The translations under genes were made by a program, and so were the position numbers. Below, in pieces: positions 47,901 through 59,352 of a stretch of DNA of 64,000 bases (positions are counted from its first letter, which is position 1; each line of letters opens with the position of its first letter). Below the pieces are notes generated by a model. It saw only the letters and a list, made by a program, of their open reading frames with translations, ran no database searches and was not told where the DNA came from. The stretch is from an uncultured virus (IMG/VR IMGVR_UViG_3300012274_000094) (lineage: Duplodnaviria > Heunggongvirae > Uroviricota > Caudoviricetes): IMG/VR virus record IMGVR_UViG_3300012274_000094, positions 1 to 64,000 of that record; one strand, 5' to 3'.

Positions 47901-48793
47901 TGCAAATTACCATTGTGTCTGCGGGTAAAGTTATTCCAGCATCTGAGCTCATTAGTGCAACTTTAAGAACTGATCTCGTACCAATTCCAGCATCCATTGA
48001 GTTTACAGTTCAATCAACAGCAGAATTAGACTCCCTTTTGAAAGAAGGGGAGCAGTTAACTGTAAACGATATTTCTCATCCATTTGAATTAATCAAAGTT
48101 ACTCCTCTAAAAACTCAAACTATTAAACAAGATCGCCGTGTAGGTGGTATCTCATGTATTGGCATTTTGGCTGGCTGTAAAAGACTTATCGAAAATTCAA
48201 AGCAAGCTGTTATTAGTAATGAAACCTCCTTTAATTCAGTGATAAGAGCTTGTGGAGCAACTATCAGTCTAGGTGGTGATTTACCTTTGCCAAAATTCGT
48301 ATGCCTAAAGGGAAGCTTGCCTACACAACGTTTGGCTCATTATCTGCAGCAAGAAGCGGCAGTCATTTGTTTTCAAAACAATAAGATGTCAGCTCAAAAA
48401 ATTGATTCTTTTTTCAAAAAGGAACCAGTCACAAAACTAGATCCTAGCAGTGTCGTTTGGATATCCAGTAAACCTTTGGAACTGATGCAAAAATCATCTT
48501 TCGTGACCGTGGAGAATAACGGTTCAACGGTTGTTGGTGATGACTCAATAACCCCAGGCCACACTGTTACGCAAAGAGCTGGTTTAGATGCCCGACAAGT
48601 TAAAAACTTAGAAAAAGTTTTGATCTTGCGGGGAACCATAATCAGGCCGCTAAATTTGAATTGGAATGCGGGCGATATATTCGAAATTGATAGTAAGAAG
48701 TATGTCGTTTTAACAGCTGCACATCATATAGATACAGGCGCAATCGGGGGATCAATGGGGACTTCATCAAAGTTCTGGATTGCTAATTTGTAG
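47900..48793 (+). CDS. Baseplate hub protein
   Basis: ATLRTDLVPIP..LTAAH; directly before spike. Confidence 0.55.
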   Translation: MQITIVSAGKVIPASELISATLRTDLVPIPASIEFTVQSTAELDSLLKEGEQLTVNDISHPFELIKVTPLKTQTIKQDRRVGGISCIGILAGCKRLIENSKQAVISNETSFNSVIRACGATISLGGDLPLPKFVCLKGSLPTQRLAHYLQQEAAVICFQNNKMSAQKIDSFFKKEPVTKLDPSSVVWISSKPLELMQKSSFVTVENNGSTVVGDDSITPGHTVTQRAGLDARQVKNLEKVLILRGTIIRPLNLNWNAGDIFEIDSKKYVVLTAAHHIDTGAIGGSMGTSSKFWIANL

Positions 48794-48802
48794 GTCAAAT
48801 AT

Positions 48803-51800
48803 ATGAATGGTTATAAACGTGCAAAGATTTTAAGTTACAACGCAAAAGGTCGTACTGCACAAGTACACATTCATGGTTTAACTGATGGCGCGAGTGAAGG
48901 CATTACGGCAACTTTTGCCTATCCAGTCGGTGATAGTGATTTAGATACAGAAATACAAATTGTGGATGGGGAAGACGTCTATGTCTTCTTTGAAAACGGC
49001 AATGAAGAACGTCCAGTAATCCATAGTTATGTTAGTCACGGAGACGGCGCAATTGTAGGTGTGCGCCGTATTCGACAAGACAATATTGAATTTATCTCTA
49101 AAGAAAATTTAAAAGTAGATTCTGGCACAACTGTATCTATTAAAACGCCGTTGATGAATGTGCAAGCTAATACACAACAAACTGGTAATAGCACATTAAC
49201 GGGAAATAGCACTGTAGTAGGTAATACTTCAGTAGCAGGTAATAGTTCTGTTGCAGGCAGTATGGCCGTAGGCACAACGCTTACGGTTGCAGGTGTGCCT
49301 ATTGACCCTAAAGCTATTGAGGGGGCATTTAAAGACGCTCTTGATAAGTTAGAGAGTTTAAAAGAAGACTTAAAAGAACAAGGCGAAAAAATTGATGAAA
49401 ACAAAGATCAGGTAAGCCAAGAAATTGATGAAAAAATAAAAGAAGTAGAAGAGTTAATTGATAATATTAAAGATTCTGATGCCTATAAATTGCTTGAAGA
49501 AGGTATTAATCATATTGATGAAGAAGTGCAAAAAATTCATGACCAAGTAAAAGAAGTAGGTCAGATTGCACAAAATAAAGTTGATGAAATTCGGGCTTAT
49601 ATTGATCAAGAAATTGTCGATACAAAACAGATTGTTGAGCAGCATGTCAGTGATGCAAACATTCGTTTGGATGAAGCCAATCAACGTATTGATCAATCAA
49701 TTCAAGCGAATGAAGCGCTGGTGGCAGATGCTCAACAACGGGCTATTCGTGCTGAGAAAGAACTTGATGACAAAATTGGTTTCATCAAGAGAGAAACGGA
49801 TTCTATTATTGCTGATGTTAGAAGTGATGCAGATGAAATTCGTATAGTTGCTGAAAACGCAAAAAAGGTTGCAGATCAAGAAGTTCTAGACCGCAATAAG
49901 CAAGCAGCTGAAACTCTTATTGTAATAGACCAAACAAAAGCCGCTTTAAAACAAGATATTGATCAAAGCTTAGTTAAAGCAGGTCAAATGATTGATGATG
50001 CTAAATTAGCATTAGGTGAAGAAACTAATACTCTCATTAATCAAAAAATTGAACCTATTGTAAGCCAAACTGAAGCTGCTGTTAAAAAAGTAGATCAAGT
50101 TGCAGCCCAATATGTTGACCTTAATAAGAAAGTCGATTCGGGCTTTCTAGCTGAAGCTGAAGCACGTGCAAATGATAAAGAGGCATTAACTCAAAGTTTT
50201 GAGCTTAAGTTTGCTGAAATGCAAACTGAATTGGGAAAATCAAACGCCTTAATCTCAGAAGAAATTAAAACGCTTGCAGCAAAAGATAAAGCTATAACTG
50301 AACAAATTAGTACTGCTCAGTCTCAAATTGGAGATAACAAAGCAGCAATTAATAATGTTGAGCGTACAGTAGTTGATCTTGGTAAATCTGTTGCTGAAAA
50401 AACTGATCAAATACAAGCCAGTTTAGACACCACAAATGCAAGTTTATTAAGTGCTAATGAGTTAGCGCGGATGCAATCACTTGGTAAACCTTTACGTGAT
50501 GATCCCACGTTTCTATCGGGGAATGGGGGATTAAGTGCCTATGCGGTACCAGCAGGCTCAACACTAACTCGACAAGCCAAATCTACGGATAACCCCGTAA
50601 ATAGTACCCATGAGATGCTTTTAAGATCTACAGCATCTTTAGGTGGTGGCTGGTATCCAACTGTTCCTACACTTGTAGCTGCGCCTAATAAAACGTTTTT
50701 AATAAAACAAATCATTAAAATGCCAAAAGGGACATATTTATTACCAGTTGGCAATGCTACAGGTACGGGTGGTTATTTACGAGTACTTGGAAATAAAGAA
50801 GGTACAGGCAAGTTTGAGGTTTATTACTCTGTTGTTCAGTGTGGCTATGATGCACCAGCAGCTATTCATGGGCATTTTCGTGTTTTAGCTGGCACTAATC
50901 CACCTTTACCAAGCACTTCAAGTCCAGTTGATGTAATCCTTGCTGATTATGAGGTCTGGGACATTACAGCATTAAATGACACCATTCCTAAAGCATGGCG
51001 TGATCAAATTACTGGTAATGCCTCATATATCGAAAAGGTTGAATCTTCTGTAAAACTTGTTGATGAGAAACTTGTTTCAGAAGCAAAAAAACTTGAAGAA
51101 CTAAAGACTGACTATAATTCAAATAAGACTAAAACAACGTCTGATTTAGCGACAATTACTCAGTCAGTTTCTGATGGAGATAAAGCCTTATCATTACGTA
51201 TCGACCAAACGAAAGCAGCTCTGGAAGAAGCAGATCGTCAGTCGAATTCAAATATTCTAGAAGTTACTGAGTCACTAGCTGAATTTGAACAGTCTACCAC
51301 GACAAAATTTACGGAACTTGATACAAGTATCTCGAAGGAAAATTTGAAGGTACAAGGTCAGATTGTAGATGTCCAAAAAAGTGTATCTACCTTAGAAAGT
51401 AATACAAACACTAAAATATCTGGCCTTTCTTCTTCACTTAAAACTACTGATGATATTGCTAAACTGGCTTTCGATAATGCAGCCGAAGCGCAGCAAACTG
51501 GTACAACAGCGGTAAAAGCTACTGAAGCACTTTCTCAAAATTTATTAAGTCTCAAGTCTCAAACTCAAGTAACTACTGGTGTGAGGGCAGTAGTAACAGC
51601 AAAAGGAATTGATGACTGGTCAACTTGGCGAACTACAGGTGAAGCTAAAGTACTTCAAGATTCTGATGCATTTGGCGGTTATATTCTTGAGCTTGGTAAT
51701 AATGCTGGCAATGATGAAGTTTGGGTTCATTGGAAAGAATTAGTAAAAATTATTCCAGATACGCTTTATCGGGTGCGTGCACGTTTCCGTCGTGTTGCTG

Positions 51801-54800
51801 GTGAAAATGGAAGTATTTATTTAGGTGTTGCATGTAAAACAGCAGATCAAACTAAGTATGTAACAACTACAAATAATCTTGCTGCAGACATGGGCTCATC
51901 AAATTACTTGTTGTCTGCAATTAAACCAAATTTAGGTGAATGGCAAGAAGTAGTACTTTATCTGAAAGGAAAATCTACAGGTGCAGCTACGGGACTTGGA
52001 ACAATTGATAATCCGCGTACTTTCCCAGCACAAGCTGAATTTTATGCCCCAATGTTTATTGGTAACTATGCAGCTCAACCAGGTATAAGTCAGCTTAACT
52101 ACATTATCGTTGAAGATAACAACTCTTTAGCTTCAGCAAATGATGCAACAGCAACTGCAAATGATTTATTCAAAACTGCTACTAATAGAACTGAGGCTGA
52201 AGCAGAACGGACCAGTAAGCTTGAATCAAGAATGCAGAATGCTGAATCAGGTATTCAGAGTAACGCTCAAGCATTATTGAAAACAGCTACAAAGAGTGAT
52301 CTTGAAAGCGCCATGGGACGTGTGGCGACTGATATTACAGCTGCAGTGAATAACATTAAGATTGGTGGTGTAAACGCCGTAGCTAATTCAGAAGCACCTC
52401 GAACGTCCACAGCAGCAACAAGCCGTGAATACTTAATGTATGAACGTAGCAAAGAGCTGAAAGCTTTTTATGACGAAAATTTAGATAAGCCGGTTACTAT
52501 TTCTTTTGACGTGAGTGTGCCCGTTGCTGGAACAGTACAGGTTTACTCTTCAAATGGATCTGCTCATTACTTTACAACTTCAGTTACTGTAACAAAAGCA
52601 AATGAGTTTCAAAGATTTGCAGTTACAGTATCCCCTAAAGTACATACTGGAAGTACTACCGAATCTACAATTGAGTTTTATGGAACATATGGTTCTGGTC
52701 GAATTCCAACAATTCAAAAATTACAGATCGAAGCAGGCAATAAGGCTACTGCATGGAGCCCAAGCCCACGTGATACTCAAAGCTCTTTAGATGCTAATGC
52801 GGAAGCAATTAAAGTCACTCAAGCTGAAGTGAAAAAGAATGGAGATACTTTATCTTCTCAAAGTATAGATATTTCTAAGCTTAGAAATGATTTAACTTTG
52901 ACTAACACTGAAGTAGGGAAAAAAGCCTCAAGTGAAGCACTTGAAACAACAAATTCAAAAGTAACTGAACAAGCTGGACAGATTAAGGCTGTAACTGAAC
53001 AGGCAAATACCTTGTCTGCGAACTTAAGTAAATCAGCACCAGCGGGTACAAATCTTTTAATTAATTCAAATGTAATTGGTAACTATGATGGAGTTTCGTA
53101 TCCTCATGTACTTTATAAAATGGGGGAAGATTGGGAGGTAGGTGCAAAATATACTTTGTTATGGTGTGCAGAACATAAGCGTAATAATGCTGATACAAAC
53201 TCTACATTAGGTGCATATGTAGGTGGTGGACAGCAGGTTGTTCAATCACTTACAAATAGTAATGGGAAAGTAGTAAGTAAAATTACTTTTACTAAAAACA
53301 GTAGTGGTTTAGGTAAGTACGTCAATTTCTACATGCTTAATAGGCCAAGTGCAGCACAAGGTTCTATTGGTACAGTTTACTGGGCTGTATTAGTCAAAGG
53401 GGAGTTAATAACTACAGATAGTTGGATTGCTAGCCCATATGACTTTAATGCAGCTTTTGATCAAGTATCTGCTAATCTCACTGAGTTTAAGCAAACATAT
53501 GTGACTGAAAGGGATGCATTAGCACAGCGCACATCTAAGCTTGAAGTTGGTATGACAGATGTAGAGAAGAATATCTTTAACACTGCTCAAGCTCTAAATA
53601 ACTACGCTACAAATGCAAAATTAGATGAAGTTACAGCTTCACAAACAAAGACGTTTAATACTTCACTGACTAAATTGGATGAAGCACTGAAATCGGCAAA
53701 TGACAGTGATTCATTGGCAGGCGATTATAACTGTAAGAATCCTGACATGTGGTATAGCCATTACGGTTATGACATCTCTCAGTATTTTAAAACTACAACA
53801 ACTGGGAAAATTGGTAATACAGTTTTCAGAAAGGATACTTCAAATCCAGTTAACTGTTTTAATTACAATAAACAATCACTACCAAATACACGAACATATA
53901 TTGTGAGTTTCCTTGTTCGTCGTAGCTCCGATTCAAACGGTCTTTGTTACATTCCAATTGGTCGTGCAAAAAATGATGGGGTATTTTCAACAGCAAATTA
54001 TACTAGTGTAAGTGTTCCAATTGCTGAAATCCCAGCAAATGAAACTTGGACTCTTATTTCAAAAGTCATCAACATGACTTCAGTTGATGATACATATCCC
54101 CAAATTCAGTTAGGTATTGCTTTAGGTCATACTGGAAATGCGGGTTGGTGGGAAGCGCAAGCATATAAAATTACACCAGTTCTAAATGAGTCAGATGTAG
54201 ACAGCACAATTGTTAAGTCTTCTATTCTTGTTGATTACTCAAGTAAGTCTGATACGACTAAAGCAATCTCTGCTGCTACTGAGTCTCTTAAAGCCAAATT
54301 CCGTCAGAAATTTGGTGACTTATGGACCAATAGTTCAGCAACTCTTGATAGTACTCGTTATACAAAAACAGAGACTAATCAGGCGATTGCAGAGGAAAGT
54401 AAAATCATAAAAGCCGCAATTTCAACTAGTGGCGGCGATAATATTATTAAAAATGGTGATTTTTCTAAGCCTCTTGAAATTTCAAATTGGCGTCAAAATG
54501 CAGCAGTAGCAGGTAGCTTATTAGAAGTTTATAAGGACTCAAATGGGGTTACTTGGGGGCATTTTAAATCAACCAATACAGCTACATATTTTAAAGGCTT
54601 TATTGAGACGATTACTTTAGCTGAAGGTCTAGAAGGGAACCAGAAATACACGTTGTCATTCAAGGCAAAATCATTGACAGCTGCTCAATCACAAATACTC
54701 CTAATCATTCATCGTCGTGATGCTGCAGGTAGTAACAATCAAATTGGAACCTCTTGGAATAATATTTCGACAGATAAAGAAGTTTTATGTACTTACACAT

Positions 54801-57800
54801 TTGACACTAATCTTGTTGATTTACAATATATTAATGTAATTCTGTATGCTCAAATTGGATTTGCACCTGATTTTTTAATTCGTGAAGTACAAATTGAAAA
54901 AGGTGAATTAGCAACTGGTTTTAGAAAAAATCCTCGTGAACTTGAAAAAGGGTTAGAGGCTAATGCAACCGCAATTGAAGGGACCAAGGCAGATGTTAAA
55001 AAGAATGGTGAACAAATTGCATCCATTTCTGAAAATTATGTAACTTTAAAATCTGCGGTCGATAATAATAAATTATCTGTTGACGGTAAGTTTCAAGAAA
55101 TTAACTCTACAATTAGCGACAACCAGCAAAATACAACACAGTCAATTTCGAACTTAGAGTCAAGTTATAAACAACTTAATCAAGATCTTGGTCAAGTTTT
55201 CAATTATCGTGTCTACTCATGTGGTTGGAATGGCTTTTTCACAGGGATAAAAAACCTTAAAGGTGAAATCAAATCCGTAGCTTCAGCTCGCGGATTCTCA
55301 GTTCATGTTTTAGCTGCTGATGGGTCAATTGCATCTTCAACTCGATACGATACATATGCTGCTATCGCTAATGCAACGGCGATGAGTAATGCTATCGCCG
55401 CGATTCCGAATGACACATTTGTTATTGTGACCAATTACGACAGTATCGGAGTAAATATTGCTACTGTTAGAAATGCCTTAATCTCTCTTGGGGCAAATCC
55501 ATTTACAATTGATCAAATTACTGGCCGTGATGCATACATATTAGTAGGTCAAAAAGGAATTGGCTCGGGGAGAGGTATCGAATTACATTCAACACCAGAT
55601 ACGGGCCCAAATGGAGCCAAACAAATCATGCTTGCCGTTCAGGTCGTAAGTGGTATTCCGATTGGTTTGGCAAATAACAGTGGTAACTTACAAAAGGTGT
55701 TAGAAAACCACGCTCAAATACTTCAAGAAAAAATTACTCGATCTGATGCAAAAGAAGTCTTTGCTGAGGAAATTAAAGTCTTCAAAGCACAACTAGATAC
55801 CTTACGTTATTCCGAAGAAAACTGGATTTTACTAGGTGATGATACTAAAAATTTAAGTATCACCACTGGTACCAATAGAACCGTTGCTGTTTGGGAACTT
55901 CAATACAAACATAAAGAAATTCCTATCGATAAAGGTGATCCGGTTGTAGCCCGTATCAAATATACAGCTGCAGCTGGATTAGTTGGAGCTACCTGTAGCA
56001 TTCAATTTCATGGAGCAACTTATAGCATTGGATTACCTTCATTTATTGTTGCTGCAAGTGGTGAAATTGAATTGACTGGTATTTTCCCTTCTGATTTAAA
56101 AGCCTCTGCTTATGAAGGTATTCCATTGGGTTTACGATTTGATAATGCTCCATCAGGGGGAACATTTACTGTGACCAATATGTTTATTAGCCGTGGTAAT
56201 TCAGCACCGAACTTTAAAGGAGGTTTTAGATCCTCTCTTAAGCAAAATGCACAGTTTGTAGAAGATACTTTTATCAAAGCAGATGCAAACAAAGGTGTTA
56301 TTGCCCAGCAAATTCAACAATATGATGCTGGTGTACCTGGTGGATTATCTACAGTTGTGAAAACAACAAAAGCTACAGCTGACCAAACTTCACAAGATCT
56401 TGCAACTCTTAAAAATACTGAAATTTCACAGTTACAAACAAGTACTAACAATCTTGGCTCTGCATTAGAAAACACAACTATGCTGGCGATGATGATTACT
56501 AACGGCAAGTTGGTGCAAGGAGACGTGAACTTTAAAAAGGGTAATAATGTAGTAGGTGTATATAACAATGCTGGAAATGGGAACGTTACTGTTACTCGTG
56601 TGGCAAAAAGTGCGGATAACCCGACTACATCAACACATGAGCTGGAAATCAAAACCATTGGTGCAGCAAATCCAGTCTGGGGTGGATTTTTCCAACTTGT
56701 TTATGGCCGTGCAAATGCTGTTTTTGTCATCAAATATTTAATCAAGCTACCAGTGGGTTATAAATTAATGAATGCTGGTAACGCTATGGGGACTGGCGCA
56801 ATTGATCGCTTCATTGGCAGTACAGAGGGTACAGGTAAATTCGAAACTTATATTCGAATGATTAAATGTGGTGCGGCAGGTACTTTCTCAAACTCAGGAC
56901 ATGTTTATGTGGCTGGCGGCTCTACACCAACTGCAACAGTACCTTTAGTTTGGACCTTAGCCCAAATTGAGCAATATGACGTTACCGATTACGCTTCAGC
57001 TGACCCAACATTACAAGATTTTGTTTCTACAGCTACAGACTCTATTTCAACATTAACCAATTTCAAAGAAACATGGGCGGCCAAACTTTCGGAGATGTCT
57101 TCAAAGTTAGACAGTAAAAACGGCGCTTATATTCTGAATGCGGATATGACAAATACCAATGTTGAGCGAGCTATTGCTGCATCCTCACAGAAAATTACCT
57201 CAGAATATACTAATGCAATGAGCGTTCAGCCACTGGGTTCAGGTGGAGGCAAAATTTTCGTGAAGCCTTTGACTTGGCGTCAACCAATCACGACTACGGG
57301 AACTCTTGTAATTAAGACACCAATTACAATTGGTGCCTTCATGACTAAAGTTAAAATCTCAGGTTATAACTACAACAACAAAGAAGACAATATTTTTGAT
57401 TTGGACTTGGCGTTCTATGCATATACGTCAACAGTACCATTTTATCCAAATATGACTTCGCGTTCTTTTGGTATCACCTTAGATGAAAGTAATACTACGA
57501 CTAAAGGTTTGGCTTTAGCTTTAGATAGCAATAATAAAGTGTGCATCTTAATTACCAAAAAAGATGCTTGGTCTTACCCAGCTATTACGGTTGAGTCAGC
57601 AACAATTACTCATACAAACCCGCCAGATAACTTTAAAGAAGGATGGTCAGCGGCTATTGAAACGGATTTATCGGTTTATAAGTCAGTAACGCCGTTTACT
57701 GTCACTTCAATGATGGAAACGACTGCAGGTTCTCAAGCCAAAGTTGATATTCCAATGGCTCAGTTAAGTGATATTGCAGCTGATAATAAACTTACACCCG

Positions 57801-59308
57801 TTGAGAAAAAACAGGCGAAGTTGGTGTGGGATACTCTTTATCAAACTGATACAAGCTTACGAGCTGAGGCTGTCACTTATGGTATATCTTCAGCTGCTTA
57901 TGCAACAGCTTTTAGTACTTTAAATACATATTTGGCTTCTTTGTTTGCCAATATGAATACAACCAGTACGATTGATCGAAATCAGTTTATTACTAACTTT
58001 GCGAATGTACACAATGCACGTCAAGCATTGGTAAGAGCAATATCTGAAAAGGCAAAAGAGATAGCCGATTCTGCAAAAGACTTAGCATCAACTACAAAAG
58101 CGACATTAGAGCGTGATTACATGACGTCTACCAAGACGAATGAAGCAATTGCATCTTCAACTGAAAGAATGTCTGCTCTGTATTCTGCAAATGGTCAAAA
58201 GATCATGGCTTCAGTACTAGATACATGGCAAAAAGATTGGTTGGTAAAAACACCAAGTGGAAACAAACCTGAGCTAAATTTAGTGGCTGATGCAACTTGC
58301 CGTGGGGGATATGCACTAAGAATAGGTAATAACGTTGGAAATGATGAAGCTTGGTTAAATTGGTTTGCTTCTTTGCCAATCGATGACAACAAATACTATC
58401 GAGTGAAGTATAGATTCCGCCGTGTAAGTGGTACGGGGGTTGTATACGTAGGTGCAACTTGTCAGAACGCCACTAAAACTAAATATGTGGCTCAAGACAA
58501 CACCGAAATTAATGATATTGGATCGAGTCATTATCTTGTTGCTGGTACCGCACCAGCGCTGGGAACTTGGATAACTGGAACTGCATATTTCAAAGGTAGA
58601 TCTGCTGGTGCAAGTGCAGGTGCCGGCACTCTACTAAGTCCAAAAACATTTGCAAATAAAGCTGCTTTCTTTACTCCAATGATCATCGGTAACTATTCAG
58701 GAAAAGCTGGTGAGGTGGATCTAGACTTTATTGATATTGAAGATGCAGACAATATTGCAGATTTTGAAAACTTTAAAACCACCTATACAACTGATGTGGG
58801 TGCATATGCTGGCGCATTACAAACATTAGTATCTGTTTACGGCCAAAATGCTATCAAGCTTAAATCGCAAGCTGACTTGATTGATGGTGTGAAAGGTAAA
58901 TACGTAATGGGCATGGATAATAACGGTGTGTTTTCTGGCATGTCTATGGTCAGTGAGCAAACGAATGGAACCGTTATCAGTTCAATAGGTTTTCAAGCGG
59001 ATAAAATATTCTTCACTACTGGTACTTCTTCTACTAAATATATGCCGTTCATAATCCAAGACAATCAAGTTGTCATGAACAGTGATGTATTTATTAAGAA
59101 TTTGACAGCTGCAAACTTCAAAGCGAAGTCTTTAACAGCTGAACTGTTTAAAGTCGATAAATTGAGCGCGATTGCTAGTGAGTTGGGGACCTTAACTACG
59201 TACAAGGATCCGGCTAAACCCAATGGTGCAAGAATGGTTTTAAGCGGCAGTTTAATTACGGTTTACGATGATAATAATGTTGTCAGGGTTAAATTAGGGC
59301 TGTGGTAG
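48803..59308 (+). CDS. 3501-aa baseplate spike/central fibre fusion
   Basis: gp5/gpV OB-fold + beta-helix N-terminus, coiled coils, CBM-like and ILEI-like modules, J-like C-terminus (FQADK..PF..VRVKLGLW). Confidence 0.8.
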   Translation: MNGYKRAKILSYNAKGRTAQVHIHGLTDGASEGITATFAYPVGDSDLDTEIQIVDGEDVYVFFENGNEERPVIHSYVSHGDGAIVGVRRIRQDNIEFISKENLKVDSGTTVSIKTPLMNVQANTQQTGNSTLTGNSTVVGNTSVAGNSSVAGSMAVGTTLTVAGVPIDPKAIEGAFKDALDKLESLKEDLKEQGEKIDENKDQVSQEIDEKIKEVEELIDNIKDSDAYKLLEEGINHIDEEVQKIHDQVKEVGQIAQNKVDEIRAYIDQEIVDTKQIVEQHVSDANIRLDEANQRIDQSIQANEALVADAQQRAIRAEKELDDKIGFIKRETDSIIADVRSDADEIRIVAENAKKVADQEVLDRNKQAAETLIVIDQTKAALKQDIDQSLVKAGQMIDDAKLALGEETNTLINQKIEPIVSQTEAAVKKVDQVAAQYVDLNKKVDSGFLAEAEARANDKEALTQSFELKFAEMQTELGKSNALISEEIKTLAAKDKAITEQISTAQSQIGDNKAAINNVERTVVDLGKSVAEKTDQIQASLDTTNASLLSANELARMQSLGKPLRDDPTFLSGNGGLSAYAVPAGSTLTRQAKSTDNPVNSTHEMLLRSTASLGGGWYPTVPTLVAAPNKTFLIKQIIKMPKGTYLLPVGNATGTGGYLRVLGNKEGTGKFEVYYSVVQCGYDAPAAIHGHFRVLAGTNPPLPSTSSPVDVILADYEVWDITALNDTIPKAWRDQITGNASYIEKVESSVKLVDEKLVSEAKKLEELKTDYNSNKTKTTSDLATITQSVSDGDKALSLRIDQTKAALEEADRQSNSNILEVTESLAEFEQSTTTKFTELDTSISKENLKVQGQIVDVQKSVSTLESNTNTKISGLSSSLKTTDDIAKLAFDNAAEAQQTGTTAVKATEALSQNLLSLKSQTQVTTGVRAVVTAKGIDDWSTWRTTGEAKVLQDSDAFGGYILELGNNAGNDEVWVHWKELVKIIPDTLYRVRARFRRVAGENGSIYLGVACKTADQTKYVTTTNNLAADMGSSNYLLSAIKPNLGEWQEVVLYLKGKSTGAATGLGTIDNPRTFPAQAEFYAPMFIGNYAAQPGISQLNYIIVEDNNSLASANDATATANDLFKTATNRTEAEAERTSKLESRMQNAESGIQSNAQALLKTATKSDLESAMGRVATDITAAVNNIKIGGVNAVANSEAPRTSTAATSREYLMYERSKELKAFYDENLDKPVTISFDVSVPVAGTVQVYSSNGSAHYFTTSVTVTKANEFQRFAVTVSPKVHTGSTTESTIEFYGTYGSGRIPTIQKLQIEAGNKATAWSPSPRDTQSSLDANAEAIKVTQAEVKKNGDTLSSQSIDISKLRNDLTLTNTEVGKKASSEALETTNSKVTEQAGQIKAVTEQANTLSANLSKSAPAGTNLLINSNVIGNYDGVSYPHVLYKMGEDWEVGAKYTLLWCAEHKRNNADTNSTLGAYVGGGQQVVQSLTNSNGKVVSKITFTKNSSGLGKYVNFYMLNRPSAAQGSIGTVYWAVLVKGELITTDSWIASPYDFNAAFDQVSANLTEFKQTYVTERDALAQRTSKLEVGMTDVEKNIFNTAQALNNYATNAKLDEVTASQTKTFNTSLTKLDEALKSANDSDSLAGDYNCKNPDMWYSHYGYDISQYFKTTTTGKIGNTVFRKDTSNPVNCFNYNKQSLPNTRTYIVSFLVRRSSDSNGLCYIPIGRAKNDGVFSTANYTSVSVPIAEIPANETWTLISKVINMTSVDDTYPQIQLGIALGHTGNAGWWEAQAYKITPVLNESDVDSTIVKSSILVDYSSKSDTTKAISAATESLKAKFRQKFGDLWTNSSATLDSTRYTKTETNQAIAEESKIIKAAISTSGGDNIIKNGDFSKPLEISNWRQNAAVAGSLLEVYKDSNGVTWGHFKSTNTATYFKGFIETITLAEGLEGNQKYTLSFKAKSLTAAQSQILLIIHRRDAAGSNNQIGTSWNNISTDKEVLCTYTFDTNLVDLQYINVILYAQIGFAPDFLIREVQIEKGELATGFRKNPRELEKGLEANATAIEGTKADVKKNGEQIASISENYVTLKSAVDNNKLSVDGKFQEINSTISDNQQNTTQSISNLESSYKQLNQDLGQVFNYRVYSCGWNGFFTGIKNLKGEIKSVASARGFSVHVLAADGSIASSTRYDTYAAIANATAMSNAIAAIPNDTFVIVTNYDSIGVNIATVRNALISLGANPFTIDQITGRDAYILVGQKGIGSGRGIELHSTPDTGPNGAKQIMLAVQVVSGIPIGLANNSGNLQKVLENHAQILQEKITRSDAKEVFAEEIKVFKAQLDTLRYSEENWILLGDDTKNLSITTGTNRTVAVWELQYKHKEIPIDKGDPVVARIKYTAAAGLVGATCSIQFHGATYSIGLPSFIVAASGEIELTGIFPSDLKASAYEGIPLGLRFDNAPSGGTFTVTNMFISRGNSAPNFKGGFRSSLKQNAQFVEDTFIKADANKGVIAQQIQQYDAGVPGGLSTVVKTTKATADQTSQDLATLKNTEISQLQTSTNNLGSALENTTMLAMMITNGKLVQGDVNFKKGNNVVGVYNNAGNGNVTVTRVAKSADNPTTSTHELEIKTIGAANPVWGGFFQLVYGRANAVFVIKYLIKLPVGYKLMNAGNAMGTGAIDRFIGSTEGTGKFETYIRMIKCGAAGTFSNSGHVYVAGGSTPTATVPLVWTLAQIEQYDVTDYASADPTLQDFVSTATDSISTLTNFKETWAAKLSEMSSKLDSKNGAYILNADMTNTNVERAIAASSQKITSEYTNAMSVQPLGSGGGKIFVKPLTWRQPITTTGTLVIKTPITIGAFMTKVKISGYNYNNKEDNIFDLDLAFYAYTSTVPFYPNMTSRSFGITLDESNTTTKGLALALDSNNKVCILITKKDAWSYPAITVESATITHTNPPDNFKEGWSAAIETDLSVYKSVTPFTVTSMMETTAGSQAKVDIPMAQLSDIAADNKLTPVEKKQAKLVWDTLYQTDTSLRAEAVTYGISSAAYATAFSTLNTYLASLFANMNTTSTIDRNQFITNFANVHNARQALVRAISEKAKEIADSAKDLASTTKATLERDYMTSTKTNEAIASSTERMSALYSANGQKIMASVLDTWQKDWLVKTPSGNKPELNLVADATCRGGYALRIGNNVGNDEAWLNWFASLPIDDNKYYRVKYRFRRVSGTGVVYVGATCQNATKTKYVAQDNTEINDIGSSHYLVAGTAPALGTWITGTAYFKGRSAGASAGAGTLLSPKTFANKAAFFTPMIIGNYSGKAGEVDLDFIDIEDADNIADFENFKTTYTTDVGAYAGALQTLVSVYGQNAIKLKSQADLIDGVKGKYVMGMDNNGVFSGMSMVSEQTNGTVISSIGFQADKIFFTTGTSSTKYMPFIIQDNQVVMNSDVFIKNLTAANFKAKSLTAELFKVDKLSAIASELGTLTTYKDPAKPNGARMVLSGSLITVYDDNNVVRVKLGLW

Positions 59309-59313
59309 TGAAG

Positions 59314-59337
59314 AAGGGCTAGTTATCTAGCCCTTTA
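59314..59337 (+). terminator. Hairpin after giant fibre gene
   Basis: AAGGGCTAG/CTAGCCCTT, short T-tract. Confidence 0.45.
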
Positions 59338-59352
59338 TATTGGGAGGACAAT

